The notes: a model not told the origin generated them from the sequence alone. 64,000 nt of DNA from an uncultured Candidatus Saccharibacteria bacterium (GCA_964356795.1 CAYHIK010000002.1:26600-90599), one strand, 5' to 3'. Numbered from the stretch's first letter, positions 17,241-28,113 are shown. Made by a program: numbers and translations.

Positions 17241-18492
17241 AGTAGTTTTTGAGCTTATCGATTTTTTGGTGCTGACGGATTTTGTCGAGCGCCTTTGCTT
17301 CGATTTGGCGGATGCGTTCGCGTGTCACCGAGAACACACGCCCCACCTCTTCGAGGGTATGCGTGACGCCATCAGTGAGTCCGAACCGCATATCGAGAAT
17401 CTTCTGTTCGCGAGGAGTCAGATCGCTCACGATTTCAGTAACATGCTTTTTGTTAATCATGCGCTGAGCGCTGACTGCAGGAGAAATCGTGTCTTCATCG
17501 GGCACGAAGTTCGCGAGCGATGAATCGTCGTCATCATCGCCAACCGGTGCTTCGAGTGAGACCGTATCTTGAGAAATCTTGATGATGTGGCGAATCTTGT
17601 CGACTTCAACGCCCATCTCGGCAGCAACCTCTTCGGGCAATGGATCACGTCCGAGGTCTTGCACCAGACGGCGCACCACCTGCTGGTATTTATTAATCGT
17701 CTCCACCATGTGGACCGGGATACGAATCGTACGTCCTTGGTCGGCAAGCGCGCGAGTGATTGCTTGGCGAATCCACCACGTTGCATACGTAGAAAACTTA
17801 AATCCTTTCTTGAAGTCGAACTTCTCGACTGCCTTGAATAAGCCGATATTCCCCTCCTGAATCAGATCGAGGAGTGAGAGGTTGGCAGAGCGTCCAACGT
17901 ACTTCTTTGCAATAGACACCACGAGTCGCAAGTTAGACACGGCAAGCTTGGAACGCGCGGCTTCATCTCCACGCTCGATGCGCTTGGCGAGCTCGATTTC
18001 TTCTTCACCCGTGAGAAGCGGGTAGCGTCCAATCTCCTTGAGGTACATCTGCACCGAATCCCCTGCACCGTCGTCGAATTCGGTTTCGATGCGCTTCTTT
18101 TCCTCGTAGACCTTCGCTTCTTTTTCATCAAATACGCGCGTAGATTCGACGACATTAATACTCAATCCCTCGAGCCGTTCGTAGAGCGTCTCGAGACCGT
18201 TAATGTCTTTCTCGATGTTCGGGAACATAGCGAGCATCTCCGCGTGAGTCACAAATCCGCGTGCGCGACCCTTGTCGATGAGCGTCTGCACCAATGCCTC
18301 CGATATGATTTCCTGCTTTGGAGCGCGCGAAGACGACGCTTTCTTGTGCGCCTTCTTCTTGGCAACCTTTCGCACAACCTTCTTCACCTTCTTGTGAGCC
18401 TTTTTGACTGGCTTATGCGCGCGCTTCGCTGGCTTCGATTTCTTTGCCGGCTTTTTTGCTGCTGACTTTTTACGCTTTAGTTTTTTCTTCAT
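17239..18492 (-). CDS. rpoD: Primary sigma factor RpoD/SigA with Lys/Ala-rich (histone-tail-like) N-terminal extension
   Basis: Sigma70 regions 1.2-4 recognisable. ATG 18492 overlaps the dnaG TGA (ATGA). The ORF-table start at 18714 is an artefact overlapping dnaG. Confidence 0.9.
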   Translation of the reverse strand: MKKKLKRKKSAAKKPAKKSKPAKRAHKPVKKAHKKVKKVVRKVAKKKAHKKASSSRAPKQEIISEALVQTLIDKGRARGFVTHAEMLAMFPNIEKDINGLETLYERLEGLSINVVESTRVFDEKEAKVYEEKKRIETEFDDGAGDSVQMYLKEIGRYPLLTGEEEIELAKRIERGDEAARSKLAVSNLRLVVSIAKKYVGRSANLSLLDLIQEGNIGLFKAVEKFDFKKGFKFSTYATWWIRQAITRALADQGRTIRIPVHMVETINKYQQVVRRLVQDLGRDPLPEEVAAEMGVEVDKIRHIIKISQDTVSLEAPVGDDDDDSSLANFVPDEDTISPAVSAQRMINKKHVTEIVSDLTPREQKILDMRFGLTDGVTHTLEEVGRVFSVTRERIRQIEAKALDKIRQHQKIDKLKNY

Positions 18493-20270
18493 ATGGACGT
18501 TGGTATTTGTATGTTTTGGAGACGATTGAGTTCGGTGGTATATTCCTGAAACTTTGCAACGAGCTCCTGAACGCGAGGGGCATTGCCCGATGCATCTGCC
18601 TGCCGGATTTCCAGCTGAATCGCCGCTCGAGCACCCCGAATGTGTTGCTCGCGCATACGATTCATCAATGAGGTGAGATGCTCTTGCACCTGCACTTCGG
18701 AGAAGTCCTGCCACAGCTGATGCGAACGAATAACGGCAATATCAATGAGGTGGCGATACTCACCGTTGTAGGCAGTATCGAGCATTGATGGGTCGGCCAC
18801 GACGGCGGCGACACGCGGATCGAGCAATTCTTTCACATCGTGAAGTTGCGAGGCGAGCGCGGGTTGTCGCACGAGTACCGCAAGGAGTTCTTGGCCTGTT
18901 AAATCTAGCGGCCGCACGGGAGTCTCAGGGCTTACCACCTGCTCGGGTGCATGCTCGGCTTGAGCTAGGTCATCTTTTACTGCGGCAACATCGGCGGCGA
19001 CCGCGGATTGATCGGCGCGCAATAGTGAGGCAAGCTGGCCAATCCAATGCCCCTGCTCAACACGGCTATTGAGACGCCGAATGAGGGGTGCGAGCGATGT
19101 GATAATCGCCTTCTTGCTTGATGCAGAGCTTGGGTCGAACAGCGCAACTGCTTCGTTGAAGTAGTACTGAAGCGCTGGCACACCTGCGGCGACAACATCA
19201 TTCCATTTCGTGCCATATTTTTTGACGAAATCTGCAGGGTCCTTGCACTCCGCATCTTGAATTGTCAGGATGTTTACCGAAAAATTCTGCGCGAGTGCCA
19301 ATCCAATACCGCGCCGTGTCGCTGCCTTCCCCGCCTGGTCGGTGTCGAAGCAGAAGTCGAGGTTCATGCTGTAGCGACTCAGGAGGCGAAGCTGATGAGG
19401 AGTAAGTGCGGTGCCCGATGTGGCGACCACATGCTGAGCCCCCGCTTGCCACGACATAATTGCATCTACATTTCCTTCAACGAGCAGACACGCGTCGCGA
19501 GAGCGCATATGCGTCTTTGCTTTGTCGAGACCAAACAAGATATGCCCCTTGTCGTAGATAGCAGTCTGCGGAGTGTTCACGTATTTTGCGAGTGGCTCAC
19601 CATCAACTGCAACCTCGGCTCCGAATACACGCCCCGTGAATCCCACGACCTGCGCGTTGGTATCTTGAATCGGAAACATAATCCGACTTCGGAAGCGATC
19701 GTAGAGTCTTCCACTCTTATCAATGGCAACGCCTGCGCCTACAATAGCCACCGAAGACAGTTGTTGCTCGGCGAGGAATCCCGTGAGTGCGCGCCAATCA
19801 TTCGGCGCCCACCCAAGACGCCACGCACGAATGGTGTCATCGGTCATACCGCGACCTCGAAGATATTCGAGTGCCTTGATACCCGCATTGCTATGCCAGA
19901 GTTGTTTCTCGAAAAATTTTGCCGAAAGTTCGGCGGCGGCAAGCAGCGCAGTGCGCTGGCTCTTCAGATGTGCGTCTTCGGGACGGCGATGCTCAAGCTC
20001 AACGCCGGCTTTGGTCGCCAACACGCGGAGCGCTTCAACGAATTCGACGCCTTCAATCTCGGAGATAAAGGAGAACATGTCGCCTCCTTTATTGCATCCG
20101 AAACAGTGCCAGGACTGACGTTCAGGAGATATGTAAAAGGACGGAGTCTTCTCGTTGTGGAACGGACAGCGCGCTTTAAAATTCGCGCCCGCTTTTTGGA
20201 CTTTCAGATACCCGGAGACGACGTCAACGATATCGAGGCGAGATTTGATTTGTTCAACGGTATCGCTCAT
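18489..20270 (-). CDS. dnaG: DNA primase DnaG
   Basis: Zinc-binding [11 protein letters not shown]...CFGC, Toprim and RNA-polymerase domains; start [19 protein letters not shown] at ATG 20270. Confidence 0.9.
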   Translation of the reverse strand: MSDTVEQIKSRLDIVDVVSGYLKVQKAGANFKARCPFHNEKTPSFYISPERQSWHCFGCNKGGDMFSFISEIEGVEFVEALRVLATKAGVELEHRRPEDAHLKSQRTALLAAAELSAKFFEKQLWHSNAGIKALEYLRGRGMTDDTIRAWRLGWAPNDWRALTGFLAEQQLSSVAIVGAGVAIDKSGRLYDRFRSRIMFPIQDTNAQVVGFTGRVFGAEVAVDGEPLAKYVNTPQTAIYDKGHILFGLDKAKTHMRSRDACLLVEGNVDAIMSWQAGAQHVVATSGTALTPHQLRLLSRYSMNLDFCFDTDQAGKAATRRGIGLALAQNFSVNILTIQDAECKDPADFVKKYGTKWNDVVAAGVPALQYYFNEAVALFDPSSASSKKAIITSLAPLIRRLNSRVEQGHWIGQLASLLRADQSAVAADVAAVKDDLAQAEHAPEQVVSPETPVRPLDLTGQELLAVLVRQPALASQLHDVKELLDPRVAAVVADPSMLDTAYNGEYRHLIDIAVIRSHQLWQDFSEVQVQEHLTSLMNRMREQHIRGARAAIQLEIRQADASGNAPRVQELVAKFQEYTTELNRLQNIQIPTSI

Positions 20271-20410
20271 ATATGGGATACCTGTGTATAAAATGCCTCG
20301 GACGCGGCCCCGGAAACACAAAGACGGCAAGAATGCATGCCGTGCCTAGGCTCCGTATCGTAGAAAAAGGATACCACAGAAATATCAACACCGCAACAAC
20401 CCTTCCTGTA

Positions 20411-20701
20411 TTACTTAGCCTCGTCCTGAATCTTTACAAATTGACCAATCTCCTCTCCGTCGAGATTAAATAAGACCTCAAAGGTTCCGTCTTCTACTCG
20501 TCGAAGACCGGTCACATGAACACTCTGTCCGGGAAAGAGCGTCGCAAGCGCCTCTTCTACTGGTTTTCGCTGTTCTGCAACTTCAAGAGCATGCATTGCA
20601 CGCTCAAGAAAAAGCTCTGTATCCATATCTGGCGAAGGCGCGACCTTCTCAATGATAGCGTCTATGCCTTCTTCTTGTGGAGTTGGTGGTTGTTCATTCA
20701 T
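20411..20701 (-). CDS. 96-aa acidic hypothetical protein
   Basis: TATACT box 6 nt upstream of ATG (leaderless-type). Confidence 0.45.
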   Translation of the reverse strand: MNEQPPTPQEEGIDAIIEKVAPSPDMDTELFLERAMHALEVAEQRKPVEEALATLFPGQSVHVTGLRRVEDGTFEVLFNLDGEEIGQFVKIQDEAK

Positions 20702-20750
20702 GGTAGGAGTATAGTACGCTCGAAAAAAAAGAAAAGGGACAACCCGTGAG

Positions 20751-21257
20751 TTATCCCTTCATCAGATACCGCAGTAATTTCAGCGCTTGCATAATCCTTC
20801 TCAGCAAGTGCCAGCGAACGATGTGCCAGTACACAACAACTCGAATGAATCCTGCAAAGAACAATCCGCTCCACCCCGCGATGAGGAGTGGGATGAAGAA
20901 TCCCCAGAGCACAATGGGCCAGTACCACTCATCGAGCCAACTGGCGACTTCGTCGCTCGATGGATCAGGATACGTCGCGGGCCCAGTGAAGAGTCGCTCA
21001 AGCGTCAGTGCAGAAATCGTTGCCCGCACATACTGCACGCGAACATCGCGTAGACACGCACTGCGCGAGCTATACGGCAACTGCTCGAAGCGGGCATTCA
21101 AAAGACTTGCAAGGAAGAGCACGCCCGCGCACTGCCACGCAAAGGGATGAACTCCCCATGTGATGCACCACCAAACACCGTACAGCGTCACGAGGCATAT
21201 GGCGCACACTGCCAGCCAGAGACCCCGTTGAGTCCTCTGATGAACGCTCTTTGTCAT
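20751..21257 (-). CDS. Polytopic membrane protein (~168 aa)
   Basis: ATG at 21257 (MTKSVHQRTQRGLWLAVCAI...); multiple Trp-rich helices. The longer ORF from 21374 overlaps the upstream gene. Confidence 0.45.
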   Translation of the reverse strand: MTKSVHQRTQRGLWLAVCAICLVTLYGVWWCITWGVHPFAWQCAGVLFLASLLNARFEQLPYSSRSACLRDVRVQYVRATISALTLERLFTGPATYPDPSSDEVASWLDEWYWPIVLWGFFIPLLIAGWSGLFFAGFIRVVVYWHIVRWHLLRRIMQALKLLRYLMKG

Positions 21258-21309
21258 GACCCACCACCATAGGCAATGAACCGGGGTAACGGTAGCACAA
21301 AAGGCGCTC

Positions 21310-21612
21310 TCAGCGAAGCGTGTAAAACGACCCCTTTCCCCGATGCCCTTGTCGGCGGATAAGCCCGTGAGCAACCATCTGCTCGAGATACTGAAGCGAC
21401 GTGACGAGATTAATATCCATCATGCGCGCAAGCTCTTGTACATTGACCGTGCCATGGAAGCGCAAATGACGCGCAACAGCGCGTTGCGCGGGAAGATATT
21501 GGCTATCATGAATATAGGGACGCTCCGCATGGCGACGCCCCATCGAAGCAACCCATCTCGTCACGAGAGTTCCAAGAAGGACACCCATCACAAATACGAG
21601 GAGCATCTGCAT
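21310..21612 (-). CDS. 100-aa membrane-anchored winged-helix (MarR/HTH-like) protein
   Basis: N-terminal TM helix plus a C-terminal wHTH-like segment (NVQELARMMDINLVTSLQYLEQMVAHGLIRRQ). Confidence 0.4.
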   Translation of the reverse strand: MQMLLVFVMGVLLGTLVTRWVASMGRRHAERPYIHDSQYLPAQRAVARHLRFHGTVNVQELARMMDINLVTSLQYLEQMVAHGLIRRQGHRGKGSFYTLR

Positions 21613-21639
21613 GCCTTCATTATATACAGCGAGCGCGCG

Positions 21640-22602
21640 CTACGCAACGCAATTACGAATCCCCTCGCGAATCACATCTTCCATCAGGCGGCGACCGATA
21701 AACACAAGCTCTGTGGCTGGCTCAACGCCATCTGGCCACGGCCCCGCGTCTTCGAGTTCTCGAATCATGTGCACGCCCTGAAGGATGCTTCGATTCGAAA
21801 TACCTTCGAATGAAAGAATCCCCTTGTATCGTAAGATATCTCCGCCTTCCATCGCGATAAACTCCGTGAGCCATCGCACAAACTTCCCACGACTGAGCGG
21901 GCGCTCCTCGCGGATAGAAACTGCAACGATATCGCGGTCGTGCACGTGGTCATGATCTTCTTCGCCCTCGGCGAGCACATGCTCTTTGCCAATCAAATCA
22001 AAACCGCCGACGTTTAAGAGTCGATCGAGCGGAATCTGGGTGCGATGCGCGCGCACTATGGGTGCAGTTGGATTGATGCCGTGGAGCCACTCTTCGAGAT
22101 TCTTGAGTTGCGGCTCCTCTGCGATGTCCGTCTTGTTGAGGAGTATAAGATCAGCAACCGCAACCTGCTCTTTAACTTCGCGATACTGGATGAGCTGGCT
22201 CGTACCATGAAATGCATCTACAACGGTAACAACGCCATCGAGGCGATAGAATGCCTTGAGCGGTGAGTCGGCGAGGAAGAATCGACAGAGCGATGCTGGC
22301 TTCGCGAGACCCGTGGTCTCAATAATCACGTGATCGATATGCTCACCCTTCTTTGAGCGAGCTACGAGCGAGAGAAGCACCTCCATAGTGTCGTTTCTAC
22401 CGCTGCAACACACGCACCCATTGGTGAGCTCTACGATATCGCCATCGGAGCGCGCAATAAAGCGATCATCGATACCGATATCTCCAAACTCATTCACGAC
22501 CACCGCAATACGCTTGCCGTGGTCAGACGTCAAAATATGATTGAGGATTGTGGTTTTCCCTGCTCCGAGAAAGCCGGTAAGAATCGTGACCGGAATTGTC
22601 AT
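21640..22602 (-). CDS. COG0523 (CobW/ZigA/YeiR) metal-chaperone GTPase
   Basis: GFLGAGKTT P-loop, GCVCC metal-binding motif and a His-rich stretch. Confidence 0.85.
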   Translation of the reverse strand: MTIPVTILTGFLGAGKTTILNHILTSDHGKRIAVVVNEFGDIGIDDRFIARSDGDIVELTNGCVCCSGRNDTMEVLLSLVARSKKGEHIDHVIIETTGLAKPASLCRFFLADSPLKAFYRLDGVVTVVDAFHGTSQLIQYREVKEQVAVADLILLNKTDIAEEPQLKNLEEWLHGINPTAPIVRAHRTQIPLDRLLNVGGFDLIGKEHVLAEGEEDHDHVHDRDIVAVSIREERPLSRGKFVRWLTEFIAMEGGDILRYKGILSFEGISNRSILQGVHMIRELEDAGPWPDGVEPATELVFIGRRLMEDVIREGIRNCVA

Positions 22603-22619
22603 ACCCCTAGGATAGCAGA

Positions 22620-23855
22620 TTATCGGCGACCACCGAATCGCGGACGACGCGGATAGCTGCGACGGCGACCACCCATGAATCCGCGCTGTGCGGCTGGGAT
22701 AGAAGGAAGCTCAACGGAAAGCTTTGCGTGCTTCGTGATGGTGAGTGGCTTGCGAATCAATCGTTCGATGTCGCGAATATCCGTGCGTTGATCAGGCATC
22801 GCAAATGAAATCGCGCGCCCTGCACGGCCTGCACGACCCGTGCGACCGATGCGGTGCACGTAATCTCCGGAGTTGTCGGGCAAGTCGAAGTTGATGACGA
22901 GCTCAATGCCCGTGACATCAATTCCGCGAGCGGCGATATCAGTGGCAACCAAGACACGATAGACACCCTTCTTGAACCCTTCGAGTGCGCGAATGCGCTG
23001 AACGAGACTCTTGTTTGAGTGAATTTCTGCAACCTTATGACCCTCATCGATGAGGTGCTTCGTCAACTTCGTGGCGCCATGCTTCGTGCGAGAGAATACC
23101 AAAATCGGACCATTGTATTGGCGAAGAATATCGAGTAAGAGCGCAAACTTATCTTCCTTGCGTACGATATAGAGCTCTTGCTCAACCGTTTCTGCGGATG
23201 TTCCCTGAGGAGCAACCTCAACGCGTACAGGTGTGCGCATGTGGGTATTCGCAATCGTCACAATGTCGGATGGCATCGTTGCGGAAAACAAGAGCGTCTG
23301 GCGCACATTCGCGTCAGGAAGCATCTTCATAATGCGATTCAATTGAGGAGCAAATCCCATGTCGAGCATGCGGTCCGCCTCATCAAGTACGAGAATTCCA
23401 GTCTTATCGAGCTTCACCTGACCCTGCTCAACGAGGTCGAGCAAACGTCCAGGAGTTGCGACAATGACGTGTGGACGCTTGCGCAATTGCATCACCTGCT
23501 TACGCATACTCTCTCCACCGATGAGCACCGCGGTGCGAAGGCCCATGTTGCCACCGATACGACCGAGCGTCTCATCAACCTGCATTGCAAGCTCACGCGT
23601 TGGAAGTAGCACAAGGCCAATGCCCTGAGCTTCGCCACCATGAAGGCGCTGAAGCATTGGAATACCGAATGCGAGCGTCTTTCCGGTACCCGTCTGTGCG
23701 ATACCGATCACATCTTCGCCAGCATTCGCGACAGGCATTGCTTTTCGCTGAATAGGCGTAGGTACCACAAATTTGTACTTTGCGAGCACCTCCATGAATA
23801 AATTGTTGATACCAAGCCCCTCGAATGTTGAGGGGGTTTCTTCTGTTGACTGCAT
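22620..23855 (-). CDS. DEAD-box ATP-dependent RNA helicase with RG-rich C-terminus
   Basis: Motifs Q, I (AQTGTGKT), II (DEAD), III (SAT) and VI (HRIGRTGRAG); C-terminus GGRRRSYPRRPRFGGRR. Confidence 0.9.
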   Translation of the reverse strand: MQSTEETPSTFEGLGINNLFMEVLAKYKFVVPTPIQRKAMPVANAGEDVIGIAQTGTGKTLAFGIPMLQRLHGGEAQGIGLVLLPTRELAMQVDETLGRIGGNMGLRTAVLIGGESMRKQVMQLRKRPHVIVATPGRLLDLVEQGQVKLDKTGILVLDEADRMLDMGFAPQLNRIMKMLPDANVRQTLLFSATMPSDIVTIANTHMRTPVRVEVAPQGTSAETVEQELYIVRKEDKFALLLDILRQYNGPILVFSRTKHGATKLTKHLIDEGHKVAEIHSNKSLVQRIRALEGFKKGVYRVLVATDIAARGIDVTGIELVINFDLPDNSGDYVHRIGRTGRAGRAGRAISFAMPDQRTDIRDIERLIRKPLTITKHAKLSVELPSIPAAQRGFMGGRRRSYPRRPRFGGRR

Positions 23856-24029
23856 TATGTGTCATACGTGACCCGAGACTTCTCTGGTGAGTCACAATGA
23901 CGCAACGAGATTCGAGTCCTGCCTCCCATGAGGCTACCGTACTATTAAGTCACCATTATAGCAGGTTTCATGAATTTGGTCAAATCGATTGATAATCGGC
24001 CGTTTTCGTAGTATGATACGCTTCGCACT

Positions 24030-24114
24030 GGAGGCGTCGCATAGTGGTCTAGTGCGCTCGCTTGGAAAGCGAGTGTACCGAAAGGTACCAGAGGTTCGAA
24101 TCCTCTCGCCTCCG
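24030..24114 (+). tRNA. tRNA-Ser (anticodon GGA), type II with long variable arm
   Basis: Acceptor GGAGGCG/CGCCTCC, anticodon loop TTGGAAA, variable stem GTACC/GGTAC, T-arm GGTTCGAATCC; -35 TTGATA/-10 TATGAT upstream. Confidence 0.85.
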
Positions 24115-24116
24115 CA

Positions 24117-24148
24117 TCAAAAAAGAAAAGCGCCCCGCGTGGGGCGCT
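24117..24148. terminator. Hairpin AGCGCCCC-gcgt-GGGGCGCT; terminator for the minus-strand gene 24154..24492 (U-tract on minus) and 3' of tRNA-Ser
   Basis: Perfect 8-bp stem; TTTTCTTTTTT on the minus strand. Confidence 0.75.
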
Positions 24149-24153
24149 GAATA

Positions 24154-24492
24154 TCAGTGATGCAACACTGATAAATGATTCTGCAGGAGTACGTCCCGCA
24201 TCGTGAACGCGGTAATCTCCTTCCCCTTGAGCTCCGGGGAGATTTCGACAAACTTCTTCACAATGTCTTCGAAGGCATAGGTGAATCGATCGGACGGGTG
24301 CCATCGCATGGCGATTTGACACAACGCAATACGCGCACACTGGCGAGCCGGTTCCGATGTGGTAACTCTCGTGAAGCACCACTCCTTCATGACGGTTTCC
24401 ATCACGTCTCGGAGCGGCGCATCACGCGCAGGCTGCATATCAGTCAACACTCTGTACATCATGTCGATGAACGAGGGGCGACTCATCGGCAT
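24154..24492 (-). CDS. 112-aa hypothetical protein
   Basis: Last gene of the lemA-htpX-murD string; followed by terminator. Confidence 0.5.
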   Translation of the reverse strand: MPMSRPSFIDMMYRVLTDMQPARDAPLRDVMETVMKEWCFTRVTTSEPARQCARIALCQIAMRWHPSDRFTYAFEDIVKKFVEISPELKGKEITAFTMRDVLLQNHLSVLHH

Positions 24493-24499
24493 ACTCCTC

Positions 24500-25942
24500 C
24501 TAGGTGGAACGTGCTACGAGCACATTGAACTGCTGCCCTCGGTCAAACTCGTTTGCAAACAGTTCAAAACTTTTTGCAGACGGTGAAAACAATATCACGG
24601 CGTGCACATAGGTACAAGCGCGACTTCGCGCCGCACTCACTGCAGCTTCGAGATTGTCGTATGCCCGCACCCCGCGTGCGAACACTCCGAGCGATGCGCG
24701 CATCTTTCGCGTCGCAGTTCCTGACAGAAAGACGAGATTCGTCCTCCGGATGTGCGCCCGCACCTCGCGAGCCCATTCGTGATATGCCAAATCTCTATCC
24801 GTGCCCCCGCAGATGAGTATGCAGTTTGGCCCACCCCATCGTCGAAGCGCAACGATACCGCCCTCGGGCGATGTCGCTGTAGTGTCATTGATAATCGTCA
24901 GTTGCGCATCACGATATACTGGCTCCTGCCGATACTGTACCTGCGGCAACGTCGCTATCTTTCGCTGAATCGCATCCCATGATGTGCCTGCGAGATGCGC
25001 CGCAAGCGATGCGCAGAGCAGATTTCGCACATTATGCTCTCCCCACTGCTCCAAGAATCCGGGAAGTGCTAGGGCGACTGAAGTTCCCTTCTTCGTACGG
25101 TGCACGATAGCACCATCCTCATACCACGCACCCATGACTCCCACAAGAAGTGGACTCATTGATACTTGATGCACGGCGCTCGCGGGCTCGCGACTCAAAA
25201 ACCGCTCAGTCCACTCGTTGTCCGCATTCACGATTAAATGATCTCGGGATGTTTGATGGGAAAAAATATTCGCCTTCGCTGCCGCGTACTCATCCATCGT
25301 TCGGTGGCGATTTAAGTGGTCGCGATGGAGATTTGTGATAACTGCGATGCGGGGCACCGCGGATGCGTATGGAAAAAGCTCAAGTACAAATGAAGAAAGC
25401 TCAGCAATGGCATGCGTCGCATGTGAACGCTCATCGAGTGCGGCGCAGAATGGTTTGACAACAGAATTACCCGTCAGTACCGATGAACCGATAAGGTGAT
25501 GCGTCCACGTTGCGGTCGTCGTCTTTCCACGCGTCCCCGTCACGCCAATAATTGGTTTTGACCATGCATCAAAAAAGAGCGTGCCTTCATTGTAGACAGG
25601 CACTCCCCGCTTCAGCGCGCGAGCGATCAGCGCGTGACGAATGGAGACGTCGGGATTTACCACCACAATATCCGCTCGATCCATCAACTGCTCGGCATGC
25701 CCTCCCAGCTCCCACGACAACGATGCTTTCATTTTTTCATATGAAGCTCCGTCGCGCGCAACACGCTTCATGTGCGCTTCTATCTTAGTCACCGACGGCA
25801 AAAGCTGGTCTCGATTCTTGAGATCAGTCACCGTCACCCGGGCACCGTGATCGAGAAGCCAATTCGTCGTCGCTACGCCACCACCAAGTAGTCCAAGCCC
25901 CACTACGACAACGTGTTTATTCTTGAACTGGTTCGAGGGCAT
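24500..25942 (-). CDS. murD: UDP-N-acetylmuramoylalanine--D-glutamate ligase (Mur ligase family, MurD-like)
   Basis: KHVVVVGLGLLGGGV Rossmann N-terminus and GVTGTRGKTTT P-loop; ATG at 25942 (the ORF-table N-terminal 83 aa overlap htpX). Confidence 0.8.
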   Translation of the reverse strand: MPSNQFKNKHVVVVGLGLLGGGVATTNWLLDHGARVTVTDLKNRDQLLPSVTKIEAHMKRVARDGASYEKMKASLSWELGGHAEQLMDRADIVVVNPDVSIRHALIARALKRGVPVYNEGTLFFDAWSKPIIGVTGTRGKTTTATWTHHLIGSSVLTGNSVVKPFCAALDERSHATHAIAELSSFVLELFPYASAVPRIAVITNLHRDHLNRHRTMDEYAAAKANIFSHQTSRDHLIVNADNEWTERFLSREPASAVHQVSMSPLLVGVMGAWYEDGAIVHRTKKGTSVALALPGFLEQWGEHNVRNLLCASLAAHLAGTSWDAIQRKIATLPQVQYRQEPVYRDAQLTIINDTTATSPEGGIVALRRWGGPNCILICGGTDRDLAYHEWAREVRAHIRRTNLVFLSGTATRKMRASLGVFARGVRAYDNLEAAVSAARSRACTYVHAVILFSPSAKSFELFANEFDRGQQFNVLVARST

Positions 25943-26828
25943 GGTCTCGTAATGCACGGATGCGGTCTTCGAGTGGCGGGTGCGTGCGGAAGAGATTCGT
26001 GAACCATGACGTAGCAGATTTGCCACGGAACGGATTTGCGAGATACAAATGCGCAGTCGCGCTCGATGCGCGTGGGAGTGGCATCTGGTCGTTTGCGATT
26101 TTCTCAAGCGCACTTGCGAGTCCTTCGGGATAACGCGTGAGCAATGCACCCTATGCATACCCGAGATACTCACGCTTGCGCGATACCGCAACCCGCACGA
26201 GGGATGCGGCGAGCGGAGCGAGAATTGCAGAAACGAGCGCGAGTATCATGAGGCCAGAACCGCTACGATTTTCGTCGCTCCCTCGCCCACCAAGCGAGCT
26301 CGTACGCAAGAATAAATCCGAAACGACTGCAACGACTCCCGCGAACACCACCACAATCGTGGAGATGAGGATGTCGCGATTACCCACGTGAGAAAGTTCG
26401 TGTGCGAGCACACCCGTGAGCTCATTGTCGTCGAGACGACTCAATGCACCTTCGGTGACAGCAACCGCCGCATGCGCAGGATCTCGCCCCGTGGCGAATG
26501 CATTAATCTGAGAACCGCGAAGCACGTACAATCTCGGAAGCGGAAGACCCGCGGTAATGCAGAGATTCTCCACGATGCGGTACAAGCGCACATTTTGCTC
26601 TCGAGTGACTGGCTTTGCACCCGTAGACGCGAGCGCGATGCGATCAGAAAACCAATACGTGAAGATATTTCCAAGCACACTCACCACCGCCACCACATAC
26701 AAGATGATGGGATTACCATACACGCGACTCACGAGCCAACCAAGGCCGATGAGGAGCACGAACATCGCGGTCATCAGAGCCCACGTCTTTCGTACATTAC
26801 TATCTTGGTGCGTGTAGAGATTTGCCAT
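25917..26828 (-). pseudogene. htpX: HtpX-like M48 zinc metalloprotease interrupted by an in-frame TAG (26151-26153)
   Basis: ORFs 26151..26828 (HELSHV HExxH, TM helices) and 25917..26144 (GLASALEKI...THPPLEDRIRAL C-terminus) are in the same frame, separated only by TAG: ...REYLGYA*GALLTRYPEGLASAL. Confidence 0.7.
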
Positions 26829-26831
26829 ACA

Positions 26832-27377
26832 CTAGAACTGAACCTTCACGACCTCGCGCTCCGCTTCACTGCCGAGCTGGAAGAATTCTGCTGCAGTAAA
26901 TCCAAATGCACCTGCAAGAAGATTCGACGGGAATGTTTGAATCTTGGTGTTGAATATCATCACGTTCGAGTTGTAAAACCTGCGAGCGGCTTGGATTTTG
27001 TTTTCAGTATCGGACAACTCTGCCTGCAACGAAGTAAACGATTCAACTGCGCGCAACTGTGGGTATGCCTCCGAAAGTGCGAACAAGGACTTCAACGTGC
27101 CCGACAATTCGCCTTCTGCCTGCGCCTTTGCCGCGGGACCCTGTGCGCTCATCGCCTTCGCGCGCGCTGCAACCACCGCCTCGAGCGTACCCGCCTCATG
27201 TGCGGCATATCCCTTCACGGTCGCAATAAGATTCGGAATCAAATCATAGCGACGCTTGAGCTGTACATCGATATCAGACCACGATTCTTTGACGCGGTTG
27301 CGGGACGTCACCAGACCGTTGAAAACCGCGATAGCCCAGAGAACTACAACTCCGAGAACAATCAGTGCAATCCACAT
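26832..27377 (-). CDS. lemA: LemA family protein
   Basis: N-terminal TM then the LemA signature (NGLVTSRNRVKESWSDIDVQLKRRYDLIPNL); the usual lemA-htpX pairing. Confidence 0.85.
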   Translation of the reverse strand: MWIALIVLGVVVLWAIAVFNGLVTSRNRVKESWSDIDVQLKRRYDLIPNLIATVKGYAAHEAGTLEAVVAARAKAMSAQGPAAKAQAEGELSGTLKSLFALSEAYPQLRAVESFTSLQAELSDTENKIQAARRFYNSNVMIFNTKIQTFPSNLLAGAFGFTAAEFFQLGSEAEREVVKVQF

Positions 27378-27445
27378 AGTACTTTGAAATCCGTACTGCC
27401 ATCAGAACGGATGTTATATTGCGGAAATAATAGCAAATGTGTGCA

Positions 27446-27480
27446 TTTGGTCAAAGAAAAAGGACGCCCCAATCACATGA
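27446..27480 (-). terminator. Rho-independent terminator of the OMP gene (GGACGCCTCA...TGGGGCGTCC + UUUUUC)
   Basis: Read on the minus strand immediately 3' of stop 27493. Confidence 0.7.
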
Positions 27481-27492
27481 GGCGTCCGAGGA

Positions 27493-28113
27493 CTAGAACG
27501 AATATCCCAACGAGAACGAGATGACGGGAACGAACTGGAGCGTCGTCCCATCGCGAACCGTGACGAGCGAATCACTCGCACTCTCACGCCGTGCCTCCTT
27601 GATTCCAAATCGCATGAATCGCACCGAGGCACTCGGACGCGCGCTGAACGATCTCCACACCAGACGCGATGCAGATACGCCAGCGTAGGGACTAAGCGTG
27701 AGAACTCCGCCAAACGTGCCGTCCTGCACGGCATACATCCAGCGCTGATACGTGAGACGCCCACGCTCGTCCTGCGTGAACTCATACGTAGCGTACTGAC
27801 TCGTCATCAGTCCCGCATCAACTCCAACGAATACGCGACCGTTCCACGCTCCACTCAACGGACGCCGATACGCAGCGGCGGCACTCAGTATCCAACCATC
27901 CGCGCCACGGAGCCCATCCTTGCGCAACGCGACAATCGCGCTGTAACGCTTTGTGATTGAGCGTTCCCACCCAATCGAGAAACCAGACTCGAAGCCGTGT
28001 CCAACCGATGACAAGCTCGTCGCACGCACCTCGAACAGTACGAGATCTTCCGCAGAAGCGGGAAATGCACACAGTGCGCCGATGAGCACAACAGCCATCA
28101 CACTGAACTTCAT
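27493..28113 (-). CDS. Small beta-barrel outer-membrane protein (signal peptide; C-terminal ...SLGYSF)
   Basis: Signal peptide MKFSVMAVVLIGALCAFPASA, alternating amphipathic beta-strand pattern, terminal aromatic residue. Confidence 0.55.
   Translation of the reverse strand: MKFSVMAVVLIGALCAFPASAEDLVLFEVRATSLSSVGHGFESGFSIGWERSITKRYSAIVALRKDGLRGADGWILSAAAAYRRPLSGAWNGRVFVGVDAGLMTSQYATYEFTQDERGRLTYQRWMYAVQDGTFGGVLTLSPYAGVSASRLVWRSFSARPSASVRFMRFGIKEARRESASDSLVTVRDGTTLQFVPVISFSLGYSF

Noticed and set aside
23945-24382. 145-aa minus-strand ORF
   Set aside because: It overlaps the well-folded tRNA-Ser(GGA) and its terminator.
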